Source: Leucoraja ocellata
Taxonomy: Eukaryota
Reading direction: 5' to 3'
Assembly: GCA_036785375.1 (NCBI GenBank)
Contig: JAWMAR010000471.1
Location: 1,116,001 to 1,180,000 of the forward strand
DNA length: 64,000 bases
Part shown: positions 11,103 through 23,686 of the stretch, one piece after another
Numbering within the stretch: position 1 is the stretch's first letter
Layout: every line of letters begins with the position of its first letter
Translations under genes and position numbers: made by a program
Notes under the pieces: generated by a model
The model's database searches: none
The model's input: the letters and a program-made list of their open reading frames with translations, nothing else
What the model was told of the DNA's origin: nothing

Positions 11103-13242
11103 CTCACTGCACATTCTGCTAGCAACGTGAAGACGGGAGGTGAACCCACCGGGTAAACCCACGGGCCCGCTTTGTCCCGCCTGCCCTGCATTCTTGGTTA
11201 CATGCGGATGAAATGCGTGCGATTCAAACAATGGGTTTTCTCCATTTGGCGAGTGCGGCCTAATGTCCCCTTTACTGAAAATGGTGAAAACGAACTGCCA
11301 TCGAGAATGACTGACCACTCTGATGCACTACTCCAGACGGGATCCAGTTACAGAAACTGCAATCTGAAAAATGCATTCGCTGAACGTTAATCTCCTGCCC
11401 GCCCGTCTCGCCGGGCGCCTGCGGATTTGAAGTGACGTGTAGCACCGGGTAGAGCAGAACGTATCCTTCTCAAGTCCAGCGTGTGTAGGCTTGGAGTTAG
11501 CAAACGCTTCTAACATGTCAATCTCCAAAGCCACCATATCCTTCCTCAGATACGGGGCCCAAAATTGCTCGCGATATTCCAAATGTGATCAAATCAGTGC
11601 CTAAAAAACATCTACCATTAGATCCGTGTTTTTATATTCTAGTCAACTCGAAATTAATTCTAACATTTAATTTGTCTCCCTGAACGACGATTCACACTGA
11701 AAATCCACAGTTTGGAGTTCCCGCACCTACATACACAAATCCCTTTGTACCTCCATTTCTGAATCCTCTCCCCATTTAGAAAATAGAAAAGCGCCGTTAA
11801 TTCTTCCGCCAAAGTGCATGCCCGTATAGTGTGGTGTGTAGTATTCCATCTGTCACTTATTTGCCCTCCCCCCCCCACCCCCTTCCAACCTGTTCAAGGA
11901 TTTTTTCAGTCTCCATGCTTACTCTACATTACCTGCCCCATCATCTATGTTTGGCATCGTCCGCGATATCAGCCGCAAAAGCCATTAATTTCAACATCCA
12001 GATCGTAACCATACAACGGGAGAGTAGTGCACCCAACATTGACCCATTTCTCAAAGGCAGCAAGCGGAAAATATCACTTTTATTCCAATATTTTGCCCTG
12101 CAACGGAAGCCTATCCTCTGTCCAGGCTGAAACCTCATCTCTAACACCAATACTCCAATTTTAATTATCCGCTTCGCGTCCGGCACCAAGAAAACTGCAT
12201 TTCTGGCTTTCCTTTGTGTACCCTGCTTGTTACTTTCATAAAATAATTTCAACAGATTTGTGGGGCAAGAACCCCCCTTGACTAGTTGTCGCTGACTTGC
12301 AGATTTTATCCTGTGCTTCCAGATAGCACTGACCCGCATTTTTAATAATCGTTTCAAAAATCTTATCAACTATTGAAGTCATGCTAGCCGCCTTATCATT
12401 ACAACTGGCTTATGAATTTATCCCATAAAATCTATGTGATTGATCCACGCCCGCTGTGAGCGAAAGCCTGGGAAACAATCTATTTCTTACTCCAGGAAAC
12501 AGGGGGAGGTTGGCGGGAGAGTAGATGGACTGTGAGTGAAGCTGAACCCTCTGTAAACATTCCACTAACTGAAATCAAACGGCAGCTGGCAGACCTGTTG
12601 AAACGGTTGGCTGGAGGCGGAAATATGAACCGCAAGCAGCAAAAAGCGGGCATTCTAGATTAAAAACCAAAACCGTTCTTCAATTAAATTAAAGTAAAAT
12701 GTAGAAGGACGTGGCCCAGTGAAGGAAAAAAACCCACAACTCTTGATACATAGAGGGCAAAGCATTTATACCGGGTTGTGGAAATTACACTTAAAAGTTG
12801 ACCTTCCAGTTGTTAAACACAGAAGGCTGTGGAGGCCAAGTCAGGAGGAAAATAAGGCAGCGATAGATAGATTTTTGATTAGTCGAGGCGTCGCAGGTTT
12901 TGACATTGCGGAGAAGGCAGGAGAATGGGGTTCGGAGGGTGACATAGTTCAGCCATTATTGGCCTAATTACACCGTTGAACCTTGACTATATCCAGGAAG
13001 GGATACACTTCAGTCAAGCTGTGGGGAGAATGACTAGTTCTATTGTTTTAACGCCAAGAACCAATTTCAAAATGCTAGAGAACCGAGTAACATAATTTGT
13101 CTCATTCACCGGATCCCGACTCACTGAATCAGCTCCACTATTGTCCCGTGCTCGCTTTGATTGTTCCCACAGCCTGGAATATTTCCAATTTCACTTTCAT
13201 AATCAGAGTTTGACCTCGCGGATATTCGTCAGTGATTTTCTC

Positions 13243-13620
13243 CACGGTGGCACAACGGTAACGGTAGAGGTGCTGCCTAATAGCGCGTTTAGCACCAGAG
13301 ACCCGAGTCCGATCCCGACTCCGGGTGTTGGTGGTACGGAGTTTGTATGTTCTCCACATAATCTGTGTGGGTTTTCTCCGAGATCTAGGGTTTCTTCCCA
13401 CACTCCAAATACGGACAGTTTTGAAGGTTTATTGGCGCTCTATAAATGTAAATAGTCCATCGTGTGCGTAGGATAGTGTTAATGTGCGGGAATGCAGGGC
13501 GGCGCGGACTTGTGGGTCGAAGGGCCCGTTTCCGCGCTGTGTCCCCAAACTAAAGTAAACTGAACTAAACTGAACTAATGTAAACTAAACCAAACTATAC
13601 TAAAGTAAACTAACCTAAAC
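13243..13620 (+). mobile_element. tRNA-derived V-SINE-like element with (ACTAA)n-like tail
   Basis: Head cacggtggcacaacggta..gagtccgatcccgac (A/B-box-like), V-SINE core ggagtttgtatgttctcc..gggttttctccg..ggtttcttcccaca, tail taaactgaactaaac. Confidence 0.75.
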
Positions 13621-13792
13621 GAAATTAAATCTCCACTCGTCGAGGGAACAATTAAAGGATCCATAAATAACGTTTCCATATATTTTGCAAAAATGTGATG
13701 AACTACCGGAGACGGTAACTAGTTTCTGTGTGTGTCACAGTCTCCAACAGTCAATGTTAAAACAATAACTATGCCCCTGTTATTTTCCGCAG

Positions 13793-14098
13793 ATTCCATT
13801 TTCGCGGGTTCCCAGAGTCCGCCTCAACAATCCTCTCTTTCTGGTGACACTGCCACCCTTAACTGCGTATATTCCGGAATCTGCTCGTACACAGTACACT
13901 GGTACCGACAGTTCCCAGGGCAGGCTCTGGAATTCCTGCTCCAAAGACACCCTTCAGGAAAGCAAGATGAGGAAGAGGCTGCCGAAGGTCGTATTTCTGG
14001 TTCTCTCGATCCTGCCCAGAAAATCAGTCAGTTAACGCTCTCTGAAGTACTGCCGAGCGACGGGGCTGTTTATTACTGTGGGATGAGTCCGCGCATCG
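13793..14098 (+). CDS. Supporting TCR-delta-like V segment (STCRDV-like), copy 2, intact, leaderless
   Basis: Acceptor ttttccgcag| then DSIFAGSQSPPQQSSLSGDTATLNCVYSGICSYTVHWYRQFPGQALEFLL..GRISGSLD..LPSDGAVYYCGMSPRI. Has Cys23, WYRQ, YYC and an extra CDR1 Cys; no leader exon evident upstream. Confidence 0.9.
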
Positions 14099-14137
14099 CA
14101 CGGTGGCACAGCGCAGTGAGATAGCTGTACCAAAACC
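14099..14137 (+). promoter_or_regulatory. 23-RSS (CACGGTG-23-ACCAAAACC)
   Basis: Heptamer 14099-14105 (CAC retained), nonamer 14129-14137. Confidence 0.9.
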
Positions 14138-14304
14138 TCAGCGTGGCGGAATACAGGCACACAGCCCTGCAGAACATCTGGGGCGCTAACCGAGAAACTC
14201 GGTGTAGTATGGATTGTTACACGTTGCCAGGGAAGGATAAAAAAGCAAAATATTTAAAAGATAAATGGTATTGAAATTTACAGAAACACAATTAGTCTGG
14301 GAAG

Positions 14305-14750
14305 AGTGTGTGTGTGTGAGAGAGAGTGAGAGAGACAGAGACAGAGACGGAGTCTGAGACGGAGACGGAGTGGTAGAGGTCGGGGGAGAGGGGGGGGGAG
14401 AGGGAGAGGGAGAGGGAGAGGGAAAGGTCGGGGGACAGGGGAAGGCGAGTGAGAGGGAGAGGGGAAGAGAGACGGAGAGGGGCCGAGGGAGAGGGAGAGT
14501 GAGGGAGAGAGGGTGAGGGANNNNNNNNNNNNNNNNNNNNNNNNNNNNNNNNNNNNNNNNNNNNNNNNNNNNNNNNNNNNNNNNNNNNNNNNNNNNNNNN
14601 NNNNNNNNNNNNNNNNNNNNNNNNNNNNNNNNNNNNNNNNNNNNNNNNNNNNNNNNNNGGGAGAAGGAGAGGGTGAGGGAGAGGGATAGGGAGAGGGAGA
14701 AGGAAAGGAGAGGGAGATGGAGAGGGAGAGGGAGAGAGAGAAAGAGAGGA
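14305..14750. repeat. (GT)n/(GA)n/GAGG-rich low-complexity tract containing N-gap 14521-14657
   Basis: Direct inspection. Confidence 0.9.
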
Positions 14751-15243
14751 GCTGAATGTAACCGATATATCTGGGGATAATAGGAGCTAAAGTTGAAAAT
14801 CGGTCCTGGCTTTAAATATCAGAGTAGGCGTTAGTGGCCGGGTAAACATCAGTCGCCGATTTTTATTCTCACCCTTTTTCACACACTCGAGCACAACGCA
14901 AACACGCACAGACACGCACAATATGCAGAAGGTGGGAGTTGCTCAGTTCCGCACTCGGGAAAAAAATCTCTCCCTTCCCTGAACGAAACTGGCATAATTA
15001 TTGATCCTTAATCTACGTAACCCATTCTGGCCATGGAGGAGGCTCAGAACATAGGCAGTCCCACCGCAAATTGGACAAGCGCAAGCGGCATCTCATATTT
15101 CGCTTGGGTAGTTTACACCCCAGCGGTATGAACATTGACTTCTCCAATTTCAGGTAGTACGTTTGCTTTCTTCCTCCATCCATTCCCCTGCCCCGCACTC
15201 CATAGGTACTGTTTCCGCCTCTTCCTTTCTTTCTTTCCGCCTC

Positions 15244-15274
<31 letters not shown>

Positions 15275-15361
15275 ACCCGCATCAGTCTGCAGCAGGGTCT
15301 CGACCTGAAACGTTATCTTTTCCTATTCCTTCTCCCGATAGATCCACGGTCGCCAGGCTCC

Positions 15362-15960
15362 ACCAAAGTGGACAACCTCACATTTATCCACATAATACAG
15401 CATCTGCCATGCATTTGCCCACTCACCCAACCTATCCAAGGCATCTTGCAGTTTCGTGTCATCCGCAAACCTGGAGATGTTGCATTCAATTCCCTCGTAC
15501 AAATCATTAATATATATTGTAAATCGTTGGGGTCCCAGCACTGAGCCTTGCGATACCCCACTAGTCACTGCCTGCCATACTGAAAAGGATCCGTTTACTC
15601 CTACTCTTTGCTTCCTTTCTGCCAGCCAGTTCTCTATCCACTTCAATACTGAACCCCCAATGCCGTGTGCTTTAAGTGTGTATACTAATCTCTTATGTGG
15701 GACCTTGTCGAAAGCCATCTGAAAGTCCCAGATATAACACATCCACTGGTTCTCCCTTATCCACTCTATTAGTTCCATCCTCGAAAGAATTCTATAAGAT
15801 TCGTCAGCCATGATTTACCTTTCATAAATCCGTGCTGACTGTGTCCAATGATTTCACTATTTTCCAAATGTTCTGCTATCCCATCTTTAATAACTGTTTC
15901 AAGCAGTTTCCCCACTACCGATGTTAGACTAACTGGTCTGTAATTCACCGTTTTCTCTCA
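15362..15960 (-). mobile_element. CR1 LINE RT fragment
   Basis: DFQMAFDKVPH, SGVSQGSVLGP..FTIYINDL and FADDTKL motifs. Confidence 0.9.
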
Positions 15961-17121
15961 GGGAGTCAAGCGATATACGAGATGCTGTTCCTCCATTTTT
16001 TCCTCCATTTTTTTGGCGTGGCCTCGCTCGCACAGTTGAGGAGGGCACGACAGAAAAGCTCATGTGGGAATGGGAAGATATGTCAAAATGTTTGCCCACC
16101 GGAAGAACGTGAAGGCAAATGCGGAAATTGATTTGTTACCGTACATAGGATCATACAATCACAGGGTCATAGAGTGATACAGTGCGGAAAAAGACCGCTT
16201 GTCTCAACTCGCCCACACCGGCCAACAATATCCCAGATACACTAGTCCCACCTGCCTGCGCTTGGTCCATACCCCTCCAAATCTCTCCTATCCATGTACC
16301 CGCCTAACTATTTCTTAAACGATGAGATAGTCCCAGCCTCGACTAGCTCCTGTGGCAGCTTGTCCCGTACACCCGCAACCCTTTATATGAAAATATTTCC
16401 CCACGGATTCCTATTAAATATGTTTCCCTTCTCCTTGATCCTATGTCCACTGGTCGTAGATTCACTGGGCAAACGACTCTGTGCATCTGACCGATATATT
16501 CATCCCACGATTTTGTATTTCTGGCACTCCTCACCTATAGCTATACATTCGATAGACGTTTTCCGTGTACAGAAGGTATTTTAATCACGGTATCTGTATG
16601 AAACTTTACACAATCCACATCATCCGCTGCTAAAACAGCAGATTATCTTTCAACCGAAAACCTCGTCAATGAGCAATGTTTAACGTTTTTTTCAATGATA
16701 AAAGAAAATCATCAAACAACACGATGAACGTATTCATCTGAAAAATCTTCACTCGTTTGGAAAACAATATGTTCCAGGCATATGTATACATATTCGTGAA
16801 AACACAGAAGTTGGATGATTGAACGGGGCACATGGGAATACGTACACGAGTTGAGACTCAGTTGAGCCCATGAACCCCCGAAGCCGTTGGTCGTGTCCGA
16901 CAGGGCGAATGGACATAAAATGCTGTATTTCCATATTTTATTTTTATTTTTTTATTTAACCTTTATTTAACCAGCAGAAGTCTCATTGAGATTAAAAATC
17001 TCTTTTACAAGGGAGTCCTGGCCAAGACAGGCAGCAGCACAGTTCCACAGTTCCACATTTTAACCCTACATCAAAGCAACGCATGAAGACCAGCTGGTCA
17101 CTCGTTTGTGTTATATTATTT

Positions 17122-18025
17122 ATACTGCATCTGCCACGCATCTGCCGATGCACTCAACCTGTCCAGGTCACCCTGCAACCTCCTAACATCCTCTTTCCAG
17201 TTCACACTGCCACCTAGCTTTGTGGCATCCGCAAACGTGCTAGTGTTGTTCTTAATTCCCTCATCCAAGTCATGAATTTACATGGTAAACAGTTGCAGTC
17301 CCAACAACGAGTCCTGCGGCACTCCAATAGCCACTGCCTGCCAATCTGAAAATGACCCGTTCACTCCTACTCTTTGCTTCCTGTCTGCCAACCAATTTTC
17401 TATCCATGTCAATACCCCAACCCCAATACCATGTGCTCTGATTTTACTCACCAGTCTCCCGTGCGGGACATTATCAAAGGTTTTCTGAAAGTCTAGATAC
17501 ACTGCATCCACTGGCTCCCCTTCTTCCATTTTACTTATTACATCCTCAAAAAATAGTCAAGCATGATTCCCCTTTCATAAATCCATGTTGACTTGGACTA
17601 ATCCTTTTATTGCTATCCAAATGCCCCATTATTACCTCTTTAATACTTGACTCCAGCATCTTACCCGCCACCGAAGTCAGGCTAACTGGTCTGTAACCCC
17701 GGCTCTTCTTTATCGCTCCGTTCTTGAACAGTGGGGTAACATTAGTTAACCTCAAACCCACAGGAACTGATCCTCAATCCATTGAACATTGGAAAATGAT
17801 CACCAATGCGTCTACTATTTCTAGAGCCACCTCCCTAAGGACCATGGGATGCAGACCATCAGGCCCAGGGAATCCTCATCCTTTAGTCCCATTGGCCAAC
17901 CCAAAACTATTTCTCGCCTAATGAAAATTTATTTCAGTACCTCTGAAGTATGATAAATCCCATGCACCTGGTGGTCTGCAATACTCCAGGTGTGGTCTCA
18001 CCAACACCCTGTACATCTGCAGGGT
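17122..18025 (-). mobile_element. CR1 LINE ORF2 fragment
   Basis: YRPVSLTS, QHGFMKG.SCLT, YLDFQKTFD.VPH motifs. Confidence 0.88.
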
Positions 18026-18054
18026 AGACGAATGGTAGAAGAATGGTAGAACAT

Positions 18055-20546
18055 CAGCATTATAAAGTGTTCAGCAGAGCTGTCACCTCCTGAAGTAGGC
18101 ACGCCTGCATCGTGTCGCTGCTTATGGCGGACACGTTAATGAAATGTAACGGCATGTCAGCCACGCTCACGGCCTGATAGAGCAAACGGCCTGGCGTAAT
18201 TTCCTGCAGCTTCGGGATCTCTGGCTGGGACGTCAGAGGCACCAGGAAGGCCACCCCACTCGAATTTGTGCTGAGGTGGCTCTTCCCATTCCATGAGACA
18301 GGTGGTTTCATCACTGACAACAGTATGCGCCTCTTGCAGAAAACTTACTGATATTTCCCCTCTTTGACGACTGATAGATGATGACATCGGCGATGGTCCC
18401 CCTTTCCGCCATTAATGGTTAGGCTATCAACTGCGATCTCCATGTTGAAGTCATACTGAGGGTTTTCCCTCACACTTCGTAGGAGTTGGGCTCCACTCTC
18501 TTAGGAGCATGCAAGGTCCCCAAACTGACGCGTCTCAGACTCGGGAAGTCCACTGTCTTTACTGCGAAGGATAGCATCAAGTGCCCGGTTAACTTTCGGC
18601 AGGTACACAAACATGCTGGAGAAACTCAGCGGGTGCAGCAGCATCTATGGAGCGAAGGAGATAGGTAACGTTTCGGGCCGAACCCTTCTTCAGACTGAAA
18701 GGGGGTGGCGGGGAGAAGGAAGGAAAAGGGATGGAGGAGGAGCCCGAGGGCTGGGGGATGGGAGAAGACAGCTCGAGGGCTAAGGAAGGGGAGGGGACAG
18801 CAAGGGCTAACACAATTGGGATAATTCAATATTCATGCCCGCCGGATGCAGTCTTCCCAAGCGGAATATGAGGTGCTGTTCCTCCAATTTCCGGTGTTGC
18901 TCACTCTGGCAATGGAGGAGACCCAGGACCGAGAGGTCGGATTGGGAATGGGAGGGGGAGTTGAAGTGCAGAGCCAGCGGGAGGTCAGATAGGTTCTTGC
19001 GGACCGAGCGGATGTGTTCGGCGAAACGATCGCCCAACCTCGGCTTAGTCTCACCGATGTAGATCAGCTGGCATCTAGAGCAGCGGATGCAGGAGATGAG
19101 GTTGGAGGAGATACAGGTGAACCTCTGTCGCACCTGGAACGACTGCTTGGGTCCTTGAATGGAGGCGAGGGGGGAGGTAAAGGGACAGGTGTTGCATTTC
19201 TTGCGGTTGCAACGCAACGGGGAGGGAGTGGTACGGGAGGGAAGGGAAGAATTGACAAGGGAGTTGCGGAGGGAGCGGTCTTTGCGGAAGGCAGCCATAG
19301 GGGGAGATGGGAAGATGTGGCGAGTGATGGGGTCACGTTGGAGGTGGCGGAAATGACGTAGGATTATATTAGTTTCGGCAGGTCCGGCCACTGTTTGCCA
19401 GCTGTCTGGACTTTGCTCCTACTGCACTTGTTTGCTTTCAGAAATTCCAGAAAGTGTCAGATACCGGCCCCAAAATACACAACAATGGAATTCAGGCATT
19501 CTGCCAACCCACTGATGCACGCAGCAGCATCTTCTCCCCTCACTACGCTCAAGCTCTGAGTTCGGAGGTCTGCAGCTGGCTACTAGCTCGCTCGCTCCCA
19601 TGCGTAAGCTGGATACATCGGGCTTCCCCACCTCCAGCATGATCCCACCCCCGGGATCAGTTTCGAGTGAGGGTCCGGATACCTCTGACACCGATGAGCT
19701 GGCCAGTGAATGGCCAGGCTCCTGCCCATTCCCACCACCCCCTACAACTGGGGCTGGGAAAGAATAAACTAGAGGCGTCCCTCGGCCCCGCGGTTCGCAG
19801 GCATCCCAGGAATCCGATTGAGGTTCACGACCCGAGACAGCCCCGTCCCCTTCCGCACCCAGGATACCCGCTCCAACAGTATCACCCTGAGAGACTACAG
19901 CCTCCGCCACCAGGGGAGTAACCTAACCATGGCCCACAGAAGGAGTCAGTGTTTCTGGAGTCTCCACTACTACATCAGTCGATGGGGCAGCACACCCCTC
20001 AGCTACTCGTGTGGGTCCAATGAGGAGCACAGGTTGGGAAACAACGCCTACACTACAGATTCCCCCTGCAGGTTGCCACCGCTTGTCCTCCATTCCAGGG
20101 GACATGCTTCCAAGGGAGCTAACCCCAGCAACTGGTGAGATAACACGCTCGGAACGTCACCGCTCTCGACAGCGGTGGAAGGTCTCGAGGAAAGTTGCCT
20201 CCTGACATTGAGCCCAGGGCCGTGCTCTCCCTCAAAGGACCCACGCCTTCTCTGTGTCCCGCTGAATTGCGGCGGTACGGTGACCTCCACAAACGAGTAG
20301 TCCTCTGCCTCCACACTGCCAGTTTTCTATTTTTCATCTCCCTGTTCAGCCTCCACAGCTCCCTTCTAAACCCTCCCTTGCCCCCTTCTGAACCTCCTCC
20401 ATTCCTTGCTGAACCACGCCTGGTGCCTCCTGGACCTCACTGTGATCAACCGGCACCCTTCAGGTGGGTTCGGGGTGTGGGCGTGGACAAATCAGCTTGC
20501 GGCTGACTTGCTTGGAGGTGTTTATTCCCCCCCCCTCCCCCCGTCC

Positions 20547-20578
<32 letters not shown>

Positions 20579-20950
20579 CGCCTCTCCGTCATCCGACACC
20601 GCATGTAGAGGACATCGGGGGCGGGGGGAAGTACTGCGCTGGGCTCCTTAGGTGGACCTGGAAGACCCAGATGGGTCAGCAGTGCCGCCCCTGGTAACCG
20701 AAGTGGAACTGGGAGCCCCGGATGGGCCAGCGGTGCTTTCCTGGGCAGCTGTGTTGGGATTTTTCGCAGCAGCCCGGCGATTGGATGCGGGCGAGTCGGA
20801 ACTACTTGCACGCATTCCCGCACTGAATGGAGATATTCTTTAAAAAGGAAAGTTTCCGCAGTCCAACGTTTGGTCAGACTTCGAACTCTCGCTGCCTCTG
20901 TCCCTCTTTGCTCCGACAAAAAACTTTTGAAAGTTCGCTTCGAAACCTCT
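18055..20950 (-). mobile_element. Degenerate Tx1/L1-like element (ORF1 remnants plus APE start), interrupted by a Penelope insertion
   Basis: MEIAVDSLTINGG..FLQEAH..GVAFL..GRLL..HFINV APE-like N-terminus at 18060-18450. Further copies at ~33900-37055 and ~54055-58995. Confidence 0.6.
18590..19372 (-). mobile_element. Penelope-like element 3' part, GIY-YIG endonuclease
   Basis: C..C..C zinc motif and NLI.CIRCSRCQLIYIGETK.RLGDRFAEH..G.LHPAGMNIE; flanking duplicated sequence matching (a)cctgccgaaa. Confidence 0.88.
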
Positions 20951-21311
20951 CAGCGTCGGAGCAGAGATTGACACCACCCCGTGGGGCCTGGCGACCGTGG
21001 ATCTACGGAGAGAAGGTGACGTTTCGGGTCGAGACCCTTCTGCAAACTGATGTGGGGGTGGGGGTGCGGGAAGAAGAATGGAAGAGGCGGAGACAGTGGG
21101 CTGTGAGGGAGCTGGGGAGGGGAGGGGAGGGAGGGAGAAAGCAAGGACTACCTGAAATTGGAGAAGTCGATGTTCATACCGCTGGGGTGTAAACTACCCA
21201 AGCGAAATATGAGGTGCCGCACCTCCAATTTGCGGTGGGACTCACTATGTTCTGGGCCTCCCCCATGGCCAGAATGAGTTACGTAGATTAAGGCACAACA
21301 ATAAGTCAGTT

Positions 21312-21355
21312 TCCCTCATGGTCCAGAGGTCCGGATTCGATTCCCGTTCAGTGAG
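21312..21355 (+). pseudogene. tRNA-Glu-like relic lacking the anticodon arm (copies at ~3110-3152 and ~53657-53701 on the minus strand)
   Basis: tccctcatggtccagagg (acceptor stem/A-box-like) joined directly to ccggattcgattcccgttcag (T-arm/B-box-like). Confidence 0.45.
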
Positions 21356-22541
21356 CCCCATACTGTTGGCAGAGTTGACATATGGACACCTGGAGGAGTG
21401 TATCATCACTTCATTTATTAACTGTTTGTTTGTGAACGACATATTGCACGAGCAATGTTTGTTTTTAGTACAATATATCTTCATTTTAATTCATAAATGA
21501 CAGAATATTTTATTTTATTCACAGTTTGCGAGGGAAGAGGAGAAATAGGTAGATACAAAGTTAACCCCACCAGCCCCAATTTTGTAGTATCAGGGGAACA
21601 TTATGCGGCTTGCCGCCTCTTGAGTGCAAATGAACAGCAGGCAGTATCTCTACAGGAAAACGATAGATGACGTTTCTGGTCAGGATCCTTCTTCCGTCTG
21701 AAAGTAGGGCGAGGCCACTGGATGCAAGAATAGGCCAGAACGAGACAGGGAATGCAACGCGTGACTAGGAAATGAAGGAGCCCATAATGGCCCATTGTTG
21801 GCTGTGGAATAAGTGGTCACACACAACTACAAAGATGCGAGCAGTACAACTAGTGTGATGACTATGTTGGAGGAGAGGGTGAGAGAAAGGGAGTCAAGCG
21901 ACCTACGAGATGCTGTTCCTTCATTTTGTGCGTGGCCTCGCTCTAGCAGATGAGGAGGACAACGACAGAATGGTTTATATGGGAATGCGTAGAGGTGTTA
22001 AAATGTTTGCCCACCGGGGAACGTAAAGGCCAATGTGGAAATTGATTTATTACCGTACATGGGAGCCACGGTGTCACAGAGTCATAGAGTGATACAGTGT
22101 GGTATAAGGACCTTCGGCCCAACTCGCCCACACCGGCCAACAATATCCCAGATACACCAGTCCCACTTGCGTGCGCTTGGTCCATATCCCTCCAAATCTC
22201 TCCTATCCAAGTAACTTTCTAACTGTTGCTTAAACGACGGGATAGTCCCAGGCACAACTACCTCTTGTCGCAGCTTGTTCCGTACATCCACCACCCTTTG
22301 TATGAAAATGTTTCCCCACCGAATCCTCTTAAATATGTTTCCCTTCTCCTTGACCCTATGTCCTTTGGTCGTAGATTCACTGGGCAAACGACTCTGTGCA
22401 TCTAACCGATATATTCATCTCATGATTTTGTATTTCTGGCACTCCTCACCTATAGCTTTACTTTCGATAGAGGTCTTCCGCATACAGAAGGTATTTTAAA
22501 CACGGTATCTGTATGAAACTTTACACAATCCACATCATCCG

Positions 22542-23305
22542 GTAAATTTACATGGTAAATGCTAGGGAATTGAAGAATGCAGGTGAACAGATGGATCTGG
22601 GAATAACTGTGCACAGTTCCCTGAAAGTGGAATCGCATGTAGATAGGGTGGTAAAGAAAGCTTTTGGGGTGCTGGCCTTTATAAATCAGAGCATTGAGTA
22701 TAGAAGTTGGGATGTAATGTCAACATTGTACAAGGCATTAGTGAGGCCAATTCTGGAGTATGGTGTACAATTTTGGTCGCCTAATTATAAGAAGGATGTC
22801 AACAAAATAGAGAGAGTACAGAGGAGATTTATTAGAATGTTGCCTGGGTTTCAGCAACTAAGTTACAGAGAAAGGTTGAACAAGTTAGGGCTTTATTCTT
22901 TGGCGCGCAGAAGGTTATGGGGGGACATGATAGAGGTCGTTAAAATGATGAGAGGGATAGACAGAGTTGACGTGGATAAGCTTTCCCCACTGAGAGTAGG
23001 GAAGATTCAAACAAGGGGACATGACTTGAGAATTAAGGGACTTAAGTTTAGGGGTAACTTGAGGGGAACTTCTTTACTCAGAGAGTGGTGGCTGTGTGGA
23101 ATAACCTTCCACTGAAGGTGGTGGAGGCAGGTTCGTTATTATCATTTAAAAATAAATTGGATAGTTATATGGACGGGAAAGGAATGGAGGGTTATGGTCT
23201 GAGCGCAGGTATATGGGACTAGGGGTGAATACGTGTTCGGCACGGACTAGAAGGGTCGAGATGGCCTGTTTCCGTGCTGTAATTGTTATATGGTTATTTG
23301 GTTAT
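22542..23305 (+). mobile_element. CR1 LINE 3' fragment with ATCCG target-site duplication
   Basis: ORF 22552-23115 is CR1 RT C-terminus; empty site catcatccgctgctaaaac at ~5700 and ~16625. Confidence 0.92.
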
Positions 23306-23686
23306 ATCCGCTGCTAAAACAGCAGATTATCGTCAAACCGAAAACCTCGTCAATGAGCAATGATACGTTTTTTCAATTATTAAAGGAAATCATCAAACAA
23401 CACGATGCACCTATTCAACTGAAAATCTTCACTCGTTTTGAAAACAATATGTTCCAGGCATGTGTATACATATTCTTGAAACGACAGAAGTTGAATGATT
23501 GAACGGGGCACATGGGAATGCGTACAAGAGGTGAGACTCAATTGAGCCGATGAACCTCCGAAGCAGCTGGGCGTGTCCGACAGGGCGAATGGACATAAAA
23601 TGTCCACACATTAAATGCGGTATTTCCACATAAACCCTGCAGCAAACCAACGCATGAAGCTCAGCTGGTCATTCGTTTTTGTTATA

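Noticed and set aside
12452-12540. cgctgtg/gactgtg and a GGG-coding stretch as a candidate J segment
   Set aside because: No matching nonamer upstream and no convincing GxGT-x-L-x-V motif followed by a donor.
13732-13792. ORF-track N-terminal extension of V copy 2 as an unspliced leader
   Set aside because: It is intronic branch-point/polypyrimidine sequence. The internal ATG is ATT in copies 1 and 3, and the peptide is not a proper signal sequence.
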